Positions 62,905 to 64,000 of a stretch of DNA of 64,000 nt are shown one piece after another. A model generated the notes under the pieces. That model saw only the letters and a list, made by a program, of their open reading frames with translations, was not told the origin of the DNA and made no database searches. The DNA is from Octopus vulgaris. Lineage: Eukaryota. The stretch is from assembly GCA_951406725.2 (NCBI GenBank), contig OX597817.1, positions 145,080,001 through 145,144,000 of the forward strand. Direction: 5' to 3'. A program made the position numbers and the translations under genes. Positions within the stretch are counted from its first letter, which is position 1. Every line of letters begins with the position of its first letter.

Positions 62905-63100
62905 CTAGGCCTGAAATTTGGGGGGAAGGGCTAGTTGATTACATTGACCCTGGTATACAACTGGTACTTATTCTATCATCCCCCAAAAGCATGAAAGAGA
63001 AAGTCAGCTCTGTGGAATTTGAACTCAGAATTTATAAGCAGACGATATGCCATTAAGCGTTTTGTCTGGCATGCTAACAATTCTACCAGCTCACTGCCTT
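62905..63100 (-). mobile_element. SINE family B-related (variant tail)
   Basis: AGGCCTGAAATTTGGGGG...GGAATTTGAACTCAGAA...CCAGCTCACTGCC. Confidence 0.8.
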
Positions 63101-64000
63101 TTTCAAATAAATAATAATGGAAGACTATAAATGTCCCAAGATTGTCTTATGAGCTGGATTAAGTCAGTGCCTTCAGACTATCATCTTGGTCATTTTTGCA
63201 ACTGCTTGAATATTAGTTTCCATCTGGTATATTTTCACAGATTAAGCCTAATGTGTACATGCAGATATGCACATGCAAAGTTTCTTAATCACATGATTTT
63301 TAGTATGTTCATGTTACATTAACTTAATACTTTGATTTCATATCTAGAATATTTTCTGCTATGTTAAATCAAGTTCATTTTATTTATTCATTTTATTTTA
63401 TTTTATTTTATTTTATTTCTTGCTTTGCCTAATTTTCTATATGCTTATAATCCTGGTTTAATCACTCATTCAAAATATGCTCTATATTTCACCTGATTAA
63501 ATTACTTAAACACAGAACAGAGGCAATGAGTGAGCTTTTATACAAGTTTGCTACTAACGCAGTGCCTAAATTTTGCTATAAAATGAATTTCTGCCAAGTT
63601 AGATGTTGCTTTCAGCTGCCCTTTGTCTTAAAAATTGAATACCAAATGCTGGAAACAGCATTTTTATGGACAGAAAGCTAAATTAATAATTCATTTTGCA
63701 AGATTCCTGATGTGAAATCATGTGTTGAAACAGATATTGTTTTATTTTGGGAGAATGGAGTAAGTGAAGCAAGAACACACACGGAAACAAAAAGTGTTGC
63801 TGAAGAGGTCACAGATGTGTGATGAAAGATTTCTGGACAATGGACATGAGTTAAAGTAATAAAATAAGAACAGTAATAAACAAGTGAAGAGAACATATAT
63901 ATATATATATATATATAGTGCATGCGTTTATTTGACAAAAAGAAAAGAAAAGACCATCCCGGAATACAACAATAAATTAATAATGTTCCATTCAAATTAA

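Overview
Eukaryotic, AT-rich, repeat-dense genomic DNA. The tRNA-derived SINE families, RTE LINE tails ending in (GAT)n and abundant (TA)n/(CA)n/(AAT)n microsatellites resemble octopus (coleoid cephalopod) genomes; this is inferred from recognising the repeats, not from a database search. Almost all ORFs in the six-frame track are artefacts of microsatellites or repeats. The window looks like the interior of one large + strand gene with very long introns. Three candidate exons are visible: a 30-nt microexon (18890-18919), an alternative first coding exon (45975-46149) in a SINE-free island, and a 63-nt exon (59251-59313), and all three are compatible in phase 1. I cannot name the gene. Mobile DNA includes at least four SINE-like families, RTE, CR1 and R4/Dong-like LINE fragments, two piggyBac-like TTAA MITE families, mariner and hAT relics, and many nested insertions. 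The most unusual signals are: (i) several short inverted-arm, Penelope-like elements carrying minimal hammerhead-ribozyme-like motifs whose 3-8 core pair varies (C-G, U-A, G-U); (ii) repeated local templated insertions and foldbacks; (iii) RTE junctions clustering at one site of SINE family A; (iv) a microexon whose first bases form a recursive-splice-type AG|GTGAGT. Coordinates of degenerate repeats are approximate (about +/-20 bp).
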